Assembly (NCBI GenBank): GCA_965220745.1
Contig: CBDCQT010000010.1
Location: forward strand, 192,001-256,000
Source of the DNA: Alphaproteobacteria bacterium
GTDB lineage: Bacteria > Pseudomonadota > Alphaproteobacteria > UBA828
Length of the DNA stretch: 64,000 nucleotides
Direction: 5' to 3'
Below the pieces are notes generated by a model. That model ran no database searches. It was given only the letters and a program-made list of their open reading frames with translations, and was not told the origin of the DNA. Both the position numbers and the translations under genes were made by a program. Positions 29,717-38,805 of the stretch are shown one piece after another (the first letter of the stretch is position 1; each line of letters starts with the position of its first letter).

Positions 29717-30010
29717 TCAGGCGTCGGTCACGTCGAAGTGCCGGATGCTCGGGGGCTCGGCAAGGGCCTGCTTGAGCCGGTCGCGGACGCCCCTCTCCCG
29801 CTGCCAGGCCAGATACTTCTCGTATTGCTCGTGGGTGTCCCAATCTTCCACCAGGAGCACATTGTCGGCGTCGTCGCTGTTCTGCAGCGTTTCGACTCTC
29901 GTGCAGCCCTCGTAATTGCGCGTCTCCGGAAGGATCGACCTGAAGAACGCAACCACCTCGTCCCCGGTGCCCGGCTTCGCCTTGACTTCGAGAATCACCC
30001 TTACGGCCAT
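29717..30010 (-). CDS. Antibiotic biosynthesis monooxygenase (ABM) family protein
   Basis: LEVKAKPG, ETRNYEGC and LVEDWDTHEQYEKYLAW motifs. Confidence 0.85.
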   Translation of the reverse strand: MAVRVILEVKAKPGTGDEVVAFFRSILPETRNYEGCTRVETLQNSDDADNVLLVEDWDTHEQYEKYLAWQRERGVRDRLKQALAEPPSIRHFDVTDA

Positions 30011-30098
30011 TTCAAGCTCTCCCGTTTGCGTCCGTAACGCTAACAGCATCGCCGGTCCGTTACACCCGGCCATTCAGGAGTCGATCATGTCCCTGCCG

Positions 30099-32300
30099 TC
30101 AGGAGGGATCGTCCTCCGGCTCGGCCTGAAAGTGCCGGGCGAGGAGGTAACGGTAGAGCTTGAACGCGAGATGTTCCCGGTGCGATTCCAGCCAGCGCCG
30201 GGTGTCGGGCGTTAGCGCCAGAGTCTGGCAGGGCTGGTCTGCGACCACGCTGCTCGCGTTCGCGTCGAGCGCGGCCGCCGGCCAGATCGCATCGCCGGGG
30301 CCAAGCTGGTAGAGCCGCGCGCCGGCATCATCGTATGCAGAGGCCCGGCCGGATAGCAGCAGCTGAAGGCCTTCGTCCGGTGCGTCTGGCCCGGCGAGGG
30401 GCTGGCCTGCGGCATAGTCGCGAGGATGCAGCCACTCCCCAAGGTCCGCGATCAGGTCCTCGAACTGAATCTGCCGATCCAGGTAGCGCTCCAGGTCTTC
30501 GCCGGCGTGCTCCAGTATTTCCGTGCGCCGCTTTCCTGCCGCGCCTACGTCAGCTCTCCAGGCCGCGATGACGATGTCCTCGCAGCGTTCGAGCGCGCGG
30601 TCCGCATTCGGCTCCACCAGCAGTTCGGCGAACGCGGACGGCGGCAGGGTACGCTCCAGCCCGACCCGCAACGGTTCGGCGACCCCGCACAGAACCACCT
30701 TAACCCCGGCCGCGTCGGCTCGTTGCAGGAACCTGCCGAGGACGCTGACCGCAGAGAAGTCGAAGCCGGAGACGCGGGCGAAGTCCAGCATCAGACAGGC
30801 CGGCGGCGAAGGGCCGCTCAGGGCTTGCCGGAGCTGATCGGCCAGGGGCACGACGCTGCCGAAAAAGATGTAGCCGCGCAGGCGATACGCCTGCACCCGG
30901 TCTCCCTCAGCCAGCAGAATGGCGTGATCGGTGACAGGTCGGGCCTTGTTGCTCTGGTGCTCGCGCAGGGTGAACCGCGCCTCGACGGAATCCACCCGGC
31001 CGAGGCGAACGGCGAAGAGCACGAGCGTCGCCGCGATGCCGGCGCCCACGCCCTCGAGCAGCCCGAGCGCGATGATGATCGCGAAGATCAGCAGGATGAT
31101 GCCGTACTCTTGTCGGGGCAGCCGCTTCCAGCTTTTCACCAGCCCCTCGTCCAGCATGCCGGCGCCGGCAAAGACCAGCATGCCGCCGACGAGCGGTGCC
31201 GGGACCAGCTCCAGCATCCCGTCGCCGAGCAGCAGTGCAATACCGATGACAAGGGCGGCGATGACGCCGGTGAGCCGCGTCGTTGCGCCGAACAGCTTGC
31301 TGCGCAGCGAGGCGGGAACGACCAGGGTGGACACCGTGCCGCCGCCCAGGCCGGAGATCACGGTCGCGAAGCCCTTGGCCCTGAACTCCCGGTCCCAGTC
31401 GAGTTCGCTGTTCACCGCAAGCTCCAGGCCCGCGATGTTCATGACGACGCAAATGAGGGCGACCAGGATCAGCGTCAGCATGTCGGGGATTTGCCCAGCC
31501 ATCGCCGACCAGTCCACATGCGCGAAGTCGGCTGGCGCCCAAACCGGCCACAGGCTTTCCTCTACCGTGCTCGTGAACAGCAGGCCGGCCGCTCTCGCCT
31601 CCTCGCCGCTTATGTCGAGGGCGTAGAGAGCGAGATGGCATGCGCCGACGAAGAGCACGACGCTGACCGGCAGGATCAACGGATGGCGCCAGCGCCTCAT
31701 CGACAGGTAGAGGGCGAGCCCGTAGGCCGCACCCGGCGCCCACTTCCACAGCACGTCGGGATCGAAGAACCCCGGAACCGCCGACCAGTGCGGCTCGACC
31801 CCCATCATGGAGAGCGCCGCGATACAGACGGCGCCGCCGATCCCGGCGACGAACCCGCCCGCGACCGGGTAGGGAATGAAGCGCACCACGTTGGCGAGAC
31901 GAAATTGGCCGATGATGAGGCAGAACACGCCGGTGGCGACGGCGGCGATAATCAGCGCGACCGCCGTGGTGACGAACAGCGCATGACCCTCGGCCGCCAT
32001 GGTGGAGCCCATGAGCGCCATCCCGATGACGAGTGCCGGCGACAGCCCGGAAATCGCACCGCGATAGCCGCTTGCGAGCGCGATGAGCAGACAGGCGGCG
32101 AAGTTCCCGAACAGGACAAGGCCGACTCCCTGCGACGTATAGGGAGCCAACGGTCCCGAGAAGATGAAGGCGCCGAAGGCGACCTGGGCGGCAAGCAGCC
32201 CCAAGCCCGAGGTAAAGCCTGCCGACAGCGCCGGTGTGGCCTTCCCGGACACGATGTCCGCACGAAGCTCGGACGCGAATTGCCGGAGTGCTGACGTCAC
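30099..32300 (-). CDS. SulP family anion transporter with STAS and cNMP-binding domains
   Basis: RFIPYPVAGGF, many TM segments, RLRGYIFFGS/LDFARVSGFDFSA STAS domain, C-terminal cNMP-like domain. Confidence 0.9.
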   Translation of the reverse strand: MTSALRQFASELRADIVSGKATPALSAGFTSGLGLLAAQVAFGAFIFSGPLAPYTSQGVGLVLFGNFAACLLIALASGYRGAISGLSPALVIGMALMGSTMAAEGHALFVTTAVALIIAAVATGVFCLIIGQFRLANVVRFIPYPVAGGFVAGIGGAVCIAALSMMGVEPHWSAVPGFFDPDVLWKWAPGAAYGLALYLSMRRWRHPLILPVSVVLFVGACHLALYALDISGEEARAAGLLFTSTVEESLWPVWAPADFAHVDWSAMAGQIPDMLTLILVALICVVMNIAGLELAVNSELDWDREFRAKGFATVISGLGGGTVSTLVVPASLRSKLFGATTRLTGVIAALVIGIALLLGDGMLELVPAPLVGGMLVFAGAGMLDEGLVKSWKRLPRQEYGIILLIFAIIIALGLLEGVGAGIAATLVLFAVRLGRVDSVEARFTLREHQSNKARPVTDHAILLAEGDRVQAYRLRGYIFFGSVVPLADQLRQALSGPSPPACLMLDFARVSGFDFSAVSVLGRFLQRADAAGVKVVLCGVAEPLRVGLERTLPPSAFAELLVEPNADRALERCEDIVIAAWRADVGAAGKRRTEILEHAGEDLERYLDRQIQFEDLIADLGEWLHPRDYAAGQPLAGPDAPDEGLQLLLSGRASAYDDAGARLYQLGPGDAIWPAAALDANASSVVADQPCQTLALTPDTRRWLESHREHLAFKLYRYLLARHFQAEPEDDPS

Positions 32301-32429
32301 ACGGATGACCTATGGCGAATTCAGAAGGGCGAGGTGGCCGAAACGGCTAGGGGTAGTGTACGCAATCGAGGGCCTCTCGCCGACGTTCTCAATACGGTTG
32401 TGGCCAGTATCGCGGGGGGCGTGCCTCAA

Positions 32430-32526
32430 TCATTTCCCTCAATCGCCGGGCGCTCACTCCGTTCGCTTGGCTCCGCGCTACGCGCGCGGCGCGGCGGCAG
32501 CCGCGGCAAAGGTGAAATCGGGTCTA
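32430..32526. repeat. REP/MITE-like palindromic remnant
   Basis: CGCTCACTCCGTTCGCT and GCGCTACGCGC hairpin motifs ending in GGTGAAATCGGGTCTA at the stop of the gst copy. Confidence 0.35.
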
Positions 32527-32760
32527 ACTCAGCGGGATCATCACGTGGGTGCGAAAGTGCGCGCGCTCCTGCAGCCGCTCGTACCAGGCCGCGATGGTGG
32601 GGATGCGCCGGTTGGGATTGAGCGTGCCGTAGTCGTCCGTGTCGAGCCCGCCGAAGGGGCCGCCCACATCCTCCCGCTCGTGGGTCAGGCCCAGCTCGGC
32701 CACGGTCCACATCACCCTCTGCACGTTGATCGAGTTCTTGCGGCCCCACACCACCAGCGT
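32524..32760 (-). pseudogene. Duplicate of the gst gene with ATG>ACG start loss and a 387-nt in-frame internal deletion
   Basis: Near-identical to both ends of 34821..35444, including the upstream RBS; deletion junction at CGATGGTGGGGA (32592-32603). Confidence 0.9.
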
Positions 32761-32871
32761 CTTGCGCCTCCTCCCCGGCCCCTTGCCTCGCGAGGCCGGA
32801 CACCCCAGGCATGGCCTCGACAATCGCGCTCAACTAGCATTCTAACCGGACCATCCAATGGGGGCCGGTCA

Positions 32872-33924
32872 ATGCGCCGTCTGACAGAGAAGCAGAAGCG
32901 ATGGCTTGCACGGCATGCAGAGTTGAGCCACCGCCGCTCTATGCGTCGGCGCGGCCGCGTACTCGGAGCGCCGGGAGTTAAGCGAATCCACTCCCTCCGG
33001 GTTCCCCAACAGCTTAGCCTTGAATACAACTATGAGGAAACGCTCGCCTTATGTAGCGAGCTGCGCTACCTTGCTCAAATTCCCGGGGCGGGACTAAAGA
33101 TCGATTTTACGACGCTTCAAGATGTTGGCCCTGCTGCTGCGTTGGTTCTTGCAGCCGAGCTCCATTGTTGGCGGCTGAATTCGCTAAGGCGCCCTACGGT
33201 TATCGATATTCACGATTGGAATCAGGACGTTCGGTTTCTTCTCGATGAGATGGGTTTGTTTGATCTCGTTGATGCTATCAATCCGCCGCCGCCGCTTGGT
33301 CCACCGCCGCTACGCTTTATCCGGTTTAAGTCAGGTAAAGCCGCCGATGGAGAACTCGCAAAGAGATTGCGCATTGATCTGGAAAAAATAACTGGTGAGA
33401 TACCGGGTTGGAGCGACCTCTACCGAGGACTAGCCGAAGCCATGACAAACGTACGACAGCACGCCTATGAGGGGAGTGGTGGCGGAAATCTGGAGAGGTG
33501 GTGGATGTTCGGCGCCTACCACAACCCGTCTCGGCTTCTCACATGTGCGTTTTTTGATCGAGGCGTTGGGATCCCAGCAACATTGCCACGAACGCACTCG
33601 GAAAGAGTCACTGGCTTATTGGAAAGGCTCGGATTGCCCAACAACGACGCGTCAATGATCGCAGCTGCCATGGAACTGGGTCGGACTCGAACGGGATTTC
33701 AGCATCAGGGGCGCGGCTTGGCAGACGTCCAGAGATTTGTTGAGCATTCCGAGAATGGGGCGCTACGCATCTTGAGCGGAGGCGGAAAGTACACATATCA
33801 GGATGACGAGAAGGTAACGTCGTCGCTGCCGTCGCCGATCGGTGGCACGCTCATCGAGTGGACGGTGACGTTGCCGGGACGGGAGACCGCTGATGACAGG
33901 AACCATCGAGATTCGGGTAGCTGA
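32872..33924 (+). CDS. STAS-like + GHKL (HATPase_c) ATPase/kinase-like protein without a HisKA domain
   Basis: IDFTTLQDVGPAAALVL (STAS-like); EAMTNVRQHAY (N box), DRGVGIP (G1), GRGL (G2), GGTLIEW (G3); A/T-richer codons. Confidence 0.8.
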   Translation: MRRLTEKQKRWLARHAELSHRRSMRRRGRVLGAPGVKRIHSLRVPQQLSLEYNYEETLALCSELRYLAQIPGAGLKIDFTTLQDVGPAAALVLAAELHCWRLNSLRRPTVIDIHDWNQDVRFLLDEMGLFDLVDAINPPPPLGPPPLRFIRFKSGKAADGELAKRLRIDLEKITGEIPGWSDLYRGLAEAMTNVRQHAYEGSGGGNLERWWMFGAYHNPSRLLTCAFFDRGVGIPATLPRTHSERVTGLLERLGLPNNDASMIAAAMELGRTRTGFQHQGRGLADVQRFVEHSENGALRILSGGGKYTYQDDEKVTSSLPSPIGGTLIEWTVTLPGRETADDRNHRDSGS

Positions 33925-34219
33925 GGATTTCAGTAGGACGCCCGCTGGCCGGTATCGGAGTGACGGCCGCTGGAGTGGAGAGGCGTTCCGCGAGGATCAT
34001 CTCGGGCCAGCGCTGCAAGCCGACACTCCGCGGGTTGTCGTCTACCTAGACGGTGTGGAGGGTTACGGCTCGTCGTTTCTTGAAGAGGCTTTTGGTGGTT
34101 TAGTGAGGAGGGCCAACCTTACGGGCCAAAGGCTCCACAGGGTGTTAGAGATCAAGACGAACGATGAGGCCTGGAAGAGAGAAATCTGGGATTATATTGA
34201 CCAGGCAGCAGCGCGCTGA
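33893..34219 (+). CDS. STAS-like domain protein (DUF4325-type)
   Basis: DFSRTPAGRY, SGEAFRE and LDGVEGYGSSFLEEAFGGL motifs; start overlaps the upstream gene. Confidence 0.85.
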   Translation: MTGTIEIRVAEDFSRTPAGRYRSDGRWSGEAFREDHLGPALQADTPRVVVYLDGVEGYGSSFLEEAFGGLVRRANLTGQRLHRVLEIKTNDEAWKREIWDYIDQAAAR

Positions 34220-34258
34220 GAGCCGAAAACGCTGGCTTCGGTAGTCTCGGGTTGTAGC

Positions 34259-34702
34259 ATGTCCTGGCATTTTGCTGTCCCAATAGCTACGGCACTGATT
34301 TCGGGCTTCATATCCTATTCAGTTGGCCAGCGTATTGAGCGACGCAGGGAATTGGGCCGGAGTCTTGAAGATTTAGAGGAGTTAATTTGGACGTTTTCGC
34401 AACGAAGCGCAGAATATTGGGCGATTGCTGCAGATGACCCGAGGTCTGGTGAGCTGGAAATTTCCATGAAACACCTATCGACCAGGATAGGAAACGTTAT
34501 TGGCCGTCTCAACAGACAATACCGTGGCTTCCAGTTCAACAATTTTAATCAGCTGATATCATTGAGGCAGGCGGCCTTGGCATCGCCGTTTGAAGAGAGC
34601 ACTCGACAGAGAAACGTGCAACGCGGTGATGACGTTAGAATGGAGGCGGACAGGTTGGTCGGCGACCTCTATTCGGCCAGACGTGGTTGGATCAAGTTCT
34701 AG
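34259..34702 (+). CDS. Hypothetical protein with one N-terminal TM helix and a helical soluble domain
   Basis: WHFAVPIATALISGFISYSVG hydrophobic segment followed by a charged helical region; co-oriented with the two upstream genes. Confidence 0.7.
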   Translation: MSWHFAVPIATALISGFISYSVGQRIERRRELGRSLEDLEELIWTFSQRSAEYWAIAADDPRSGELEISMKHLSTRIGNVIGRLNRQYRGFQFNNFNQLISLRQAALASPFEESTRQRNVQRGDDVRMEADRLVGDLYSARRGWIKF

Positions 34703-34820
34703 TGGCAATCGGCTGATTAACGGTCCCCGCAAATCAACGGCTCCGCCAGCGACCGTGTTGTTCAGGCGCAGTCCCGCACCGCCCGCGCCGCGCGCCGCGC
34801 GCCGCCGGGGCGGCCCCGCC

Positions 34821-35444
34821 TCAGCTCAGCGGGATCATCACGTGGGTGCGGAAGTGCGCGCGCTCCTGCAGGCGTTCGTACCAGGCCGCGATGTTGGGGA
34901 GCGCCGGGCGCTCGATGTCCAGTGCGTGGTAACGATAGCAAGCGGCACCGACAGCGATGTCGCCCATGGTGAGCGTGTCCGCCGCGACGAAGCTGCGCCC
35001 CTCCATATGGGCATCGAGAATGTGCCAGGTCTCGCCCATGGCCCGCGCACAGCGCTCGATCCGTGCCATGTCGCGCTTATCTGCCGGCGTGCGGATGAGG
35101 CCGATGAAGACCGGCGCGAGGTCAGGCAGGAGCGTCGTCTGCATCCAGTCGAGCCAGCGGTCGGCAAGCGCTCGGGCCGACGGGTCCTCGGGCCAGAGGT
35201 GGCCTGCGCCGTAGCGCGCGGCTAGGTAGCGCACGCAGCTATGCGATTCCCAGATGGTGGTGCCGTCGCCGTCCACGATGGTGGGGATGCGCCGGTTGGG
35301 ATTGAGCGTGCCGTAGTCGTCCGTGTCGAGCCCGCCGAAGGGCCCGCCCACGTCCTTCCGCTCGTGGGCCAGGCCCAGCTCTGCCACGGTCCACATCACC
35401 TTCTGCACGTTGATCGAGTTCTTGCGGCCCCATACCACCAGCAT
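34821..35444 (-). CDS. Glutathione S-transferase (GstB/YliJ-like)
   Basis: WGRKNSINVQKV, LNPNRRIPTI, IWESH and TMGDI motifs; RBS GGAGG. Confidence 0.93.
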   Translation of the reverse strand: MLVVWGRKNSINVQKVMWTVAELGLAHERKDVGGPFGGLDTDDYGTLNPNRRIPTIVDGDGTTIWESHSCVRYLAARYGAGHLWPEDPSARALADRWLDWMQTTLLPDLAPVFIGLIRTPADKRDMARIERCARAMGETWHILDAHMEGRSFVAADTLTMGDIAVGAACYRYHALDIERPALPNIAAWYERLQERAHFRTHVMIPLS

Positions 35445-35466
35445 CTTGCGCCTCCTCCCCTGCCTC

Positions 35467-35499
35467 GAGAGCGTTTCCGCTTTGCGCGAAAACGCTCTC
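35467..35499. repeat. Imperfect palindrome upstream of gst
   Basis: GAGAGCGTTTCCGC-TTT-GCGCGAAAACGCTCTC. Confidence 0.4.
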
Positions 35500-35794
35500 G
35501 CAATTTTTCGCTCACGGCAGCCAGCCGCCGCGCGAGTCCGCGCGCCTATGGGCGCGACGGCTGGCGCCTGCGCGGGCGCGCCGCATAAGCGGCGGGCCGC
35601 GGTCGCGGCCTGACGCGCGTCCGCCAAAGACGGACGCGCTCCAGCCCCGCGAGGCCGGCAGTATGCCGGATGGCGGCGGACCGGACCACGGCGGCAGGCG
35701 AAATCCATCGCGCTTCCGCTAGCCGTCGCGTCCGCGCCGCGATAGGCTCTGGCCCACGGGCGCCGGGAGCCGTCTGGCGCGAGAGGAGGGTGCG

Positions 35795-37198
35795 ATGAAG
35801 GGGAACTTTCAGCAGTACGACAACGCAGACCTTTGGCAGAAGGACCGGGACCACAACATCCATCCCTGGACCGACTTCGCGACCTTCAAGGAGGAAGGCT
35901 CCGAGGTCATGGCGGAGGCCGAGGGGGTCTACGTCTACAACGCCGAGGGCGAGCGCTATATGGACGGTATCGGCGGCCTCTGGTGCGTCAACATCGGCTA
36001 TGGCCGGGAAGAGATGGCGCAAGCGATCGCCGATCAGGTGCGCCGCATCCCCTACTATTCGACCTTCACCCACCTGACCACGCCGCCGGCGGCGGAGCTT
36101 GCGGCGAAGCTCGCCGAGCTCGCGCCGGCTTCCATCAATCACGTGTTCTACGGCACCGGCGGCTCGATGGCGAACGACACCGCCATCCGCGTGATTCACT
36201 TCTATTTCAACCGCCTGGGCAAGCCGAACAAGAAGAAGATCATCTCGCGCGTCGACGCCTATCACGGCTCGACCTACCTCGCGATGACCATGACCGGGGT
36301 GAAGTTTGACCATGACGGCTTCGACCTCGCCCCCGACCTCGTGCACCACATTCCGGCACCCCACACCTATCGGCGCCCCGATGGCATGAGCGTGGAAGAA
36401 TTCTGCGACGAGAAGGTGGCCGACCTTGAGAACAAGATCCTGGAGCTCGGGCCGGAGAACGTCGCCTGCTTCATCGCCGAGCCGATCATGGGCGGCGGCG
36501 GCGTGATCGTGCCCCCGCCCGGCTACCACGCCCGCACCAAGGCGGTGTGCGAGAAGTACGAGGTGCTCTATATCTCGGACGAAGTGGTGACCGGCTTCGG
36601 GCGGCTCGGGCACTTCTTCGCTTCCGAGCCGGTGTTCGACTTCACGCCCGATGTGATCACCTCGGCCAAGGGGCTCACCTCGGGCTACATCCCGCATTCG
36701 GCGACGCTGTTCTCGGACGCGATGTACGAGGTGATCAGCGTGCCTCAGTCCGACGGCGCGCTCTTCACCCACGGCTTCACCTATGCCGGGCACCCGGTCT
36801 CCTGCGCCGCCGGTGTCAAGAACATCGAGATCATGGAGCGCGAGGACCTGTGCGGTCACGTGCGCGACGTCGGCCCCTACTTCGAGGAGCGGCTGAACGA
36901 GCTGCTGACGCTGCCGCTGATCGGCGATGTGCGGGGCAAGAAGTTCATGATGTGCGTCGAGGCCGTGAAGAATAAGGAGACCAAGGAGGTCTTCGCCGCA
37001 GACGCCAAGATCGGCGCGCGGATCACGCGCCACTGCCAGAGCCGCGGCCTGCTGGTGCGCCCGCTCGGCCACATGAACGTGCTCTCGCCGCCGCTCACGC
37101 TCACGCGCGAGCAGATCGACACCCTCGTGGAAACGCTGCGGGAGAGCATTATCGCGACCCAGAACGACCTGGTCCGCGAGAATCTCTGGAAAGGCTGA
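35795..37198 (+). CDS. Class III PLP aminotransferase (omega-amine/putrescine-pyruvate type)
   Basis: DGIGGLWCVNIGYGR, AYHGST, FIAEPI, DEVVTGFGR, SAKGLTSGY and HGFTYAGHP motifs. Confidence 0.94.
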   Translation: MKGNFQQYDNADLWQKDRDHNIHPWTDFATFKEEGSEVMAEAEGVYVYNAEGERYMDGIGGLWCVNIGYGREEMAQAIADQVRRIPYYSTFTHLTTPPAAELAAKLAELAPASINHVFYGTGGSMANDTAIRVIHFYFNRLGKPNKKKIISRVDAYHGSTYLAMTMTGVKFDHDGFDLAPDLVHHIPAPHTYRRPDGMSVEEFCDEKVADLENKILELGPENVACFIAEPIMGGGGVIVPPPGYHARTKAVCEKYEVLYISDEVVTGFGRLGHFFASEPVFDFTPDVITSAKGLTSGYIPHSATLFSDAMYEVISVPQSDGALFTHGFTYAGHPVSCAAGVKNIEIMEREDLCGHVRDVGPYFEERLNELLTLPLIGDVRGKKFMMCVEAVKNKETKEVFAADAKIGARITRHCQSRGLLVRPLGHMNVLSPPLTLTREQIDTLVETLRESIIATQNDLVRENLWKG

Positions 37199-37267
37199 GA
37201 CGCGGGCAGAAACGCGGCAGCGAGATGATGGCCGCTACTGCGGCCTGAAAATCAGGAGGATCGGGAC

Positions 37268-37933
37268 GTGGCACTACCGCTCGCACCACAGCTGATCGTC
37301 AACAGCCGCATGCTCTATTTCTGCTGGGTTCCGGAGGATCCAGCGGCGGCGGCGGCGCTGCTGCCGGAGGGACTCACACCGGCCGAGAATCAGGCGATCT
37401 TCATCAACCAGTACGTCGTGGATCGCGACGATCAGACCTCGCACTTCGGCGCCTATTCGCTGACTTACGCCGGGCTCGATCTGGCCGGCCTCGACCTTGA
37501 GGACGGCACGCCCGGCCGCTGGTGGACCCACTATCTCAACTCGAACCCGGTGATGTGCGACTATGCGGCGAAGCGCGGCGTGCCGGCGGTGCCGGGCCGC
37601 ACCACGCTCTACCGCGACGGCGATCGGGTGACCGCGACCACCTACGCGGACGACCAGCCGATCATCCGCAGTGTCGCGCGCATCGGCTCAGGGATCGCGG
37701 ACACGGCGCGCGGCCATCTGCGCTACATCACCGCCGTCGACGGCCGCCTGATGAGTGGCAACTATGCCTACGTGGGCGAGCTATCGGACGATTTCGAGCT
37801 GCTCTCGCTGGAGTTCCTGGCGCCGGACCATTCGTGCTACGCGCTGCGTCCGGCGTCGCCGCCCGAGGTCACCTTCGGCTTCTATGGGCCGCGTGTCTCG
37901 TTCTGCTATCCGGGCGGCGACGGGCCGCTTTAG
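37268..37933 (+). CDS. Acetoacetate-decarboxylase-fold-like protein
   Basis: DPAAAAALLPEGLTP N-terminal motif and beta-rich pattern; RBS AGGAGG. Confidence 0.5.
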   Translation: MALPLAPQLIVNSRMLYFCWVPEDPAAAAALLPEGLTPAENQAIFINQYVVDRDDQTSHFGAYSLTYAGLDLAGLDLEDGTPGRWWTHYLNSNPVMCDYAAKRGVPAVPGRTTLYRDGDRVTATTYADDQPIIRSVARIGSGIADTARGHLRYITAVDGRLMSGNYAYVGELSDDFELLSLEFLAPDHSCYALRPASPPEVTFGFYGPRVSFCYPGGDGPL

Positions 37934-37952
37934 GCCCCCACGAGACGTATCT

Positions 37953-38792
37953 CTACTCCGGCGAATAGCCGGGGCAGATCACGTACTTTGGCTCGGTGCA
38001 GCCGCCGGTGAGTTCGCGCAGGCGCTCCTGATAGTTCCAGGCGCGCACCGCCTCGTAGTGATCGAATGCGTGCTTGACCAGGAATTCCACCGGGTCGATC
38101 ACCTCCTCGCGGCGCACTACTCCCTCACCGGCGGCGAGCGCGGTGCGCGGCGAGAGCGCGAGCAGATAGGCGCGCGGATCGATCACGCCATCGACGCCGA
38201 AGCCCACGGCGTCTCGGGCTGCCGTCGGGCCGAAGATAGGCAACACCAGATAGGGGCCTTCGCCGACGCCGTAATGGTGGAGCGTCTGGCCGAAGTCGGC
38301 GTCGTCCGCTTTCAGGCCGAGGTCGGTGGCGACGTCGAAGAGCCCCGCCGCGCCGGCAGTGCTGTTGACCACGAAGCGGCCGAAGCTCGTGGCGGCACGG
38401 CCCGGGTTGAGCTGTAGCAGGTGGTTTGCGGTGACCACCGGCTCCGCCATATTGGTGAAGCCGCGGCTGACCGCGTGCCGTGCGTCGGTCGGCATGAAGC
38501 CCCGGTAGAACCGCGCCACCGGCTCGAACACGAGAAAGTCGAGCGCACCGTTGACGTAGAAGAAGACGCGGTTCACCCCCTCGAAAGGATCGTCATAGCC
38601 GTCTTTGCCGCCCTCGCGCGGGAGTACCGGCCAATCGGCACCGCGGCTCTCGACAGGGGGAGCGTCATCGATGGACTCGGTTTCCCCATCCCGCATCCGC
38701 TCGAGAACCGAGCAGCCCTGCACGACGGGGATGACCAGGAGCAGCACGATTGCCGCCGCTGCGATCCGACGGCCGAGGCCTGGCGATCTCAT
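37953..38792 (-). CDS. mlaA: MlaA/VacJ family lipoprotein
   Basis: Lipobox VQGC; DPFEGVNR, RFVVNST.G.AGLFDVA, DFGQTL and GPYLVLPIFGP motifs. Confidence 0.9.
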   Translation of the reverse strand: MRSPGLGRRIAAAAIVLLLVIPVVQGCSVLERMRDGETESIDDAPPVESRGADWPVLPREGGKDGYDDPFEGVNRVFFYVNGALDFLVFEPVARFYRGFMPTDARHAVSRGFTNMAEPVVTANHLLQLNPGRAATSFGRFVVNSTAGAAGLFDVATDLGLKADDADFGQTLHHYGVGEGPYLVLPIFGPTAARDAVGFGVDGVIDPRAYLLALSPRTALAAGEGVVRREEVIDPVEFLVKHAFDHYEAVRAWNYQERLRELTGGCTEPKYVICPGYSPE

Positions 38793-38805
38793 GTGGGCGG
38801 GCAAC

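Noticed and set aside
29386-30010. Intact HigBA toxin-antitoxin pair
   Set aside because: The upstream gene is an ABM-family protein and higA is truncated
30099-32300. Functional link between the SulP STAS domain and the neighbouring STAS-GHKL cassette
   Set aside because: SulP has host-like composition, opposite orientation and a standard architecture; adjacency is probably coincidental
32164-32871. N-terminal extension of the 586-aa ORF 32164..33924
   Set aside because: It runs antisense through the sulP start and the gst pseudogene; the real start is more likely 32872
32777-34820. Integron cassette array
   Set aside because: No attC-like sites and no integron integrase recognised
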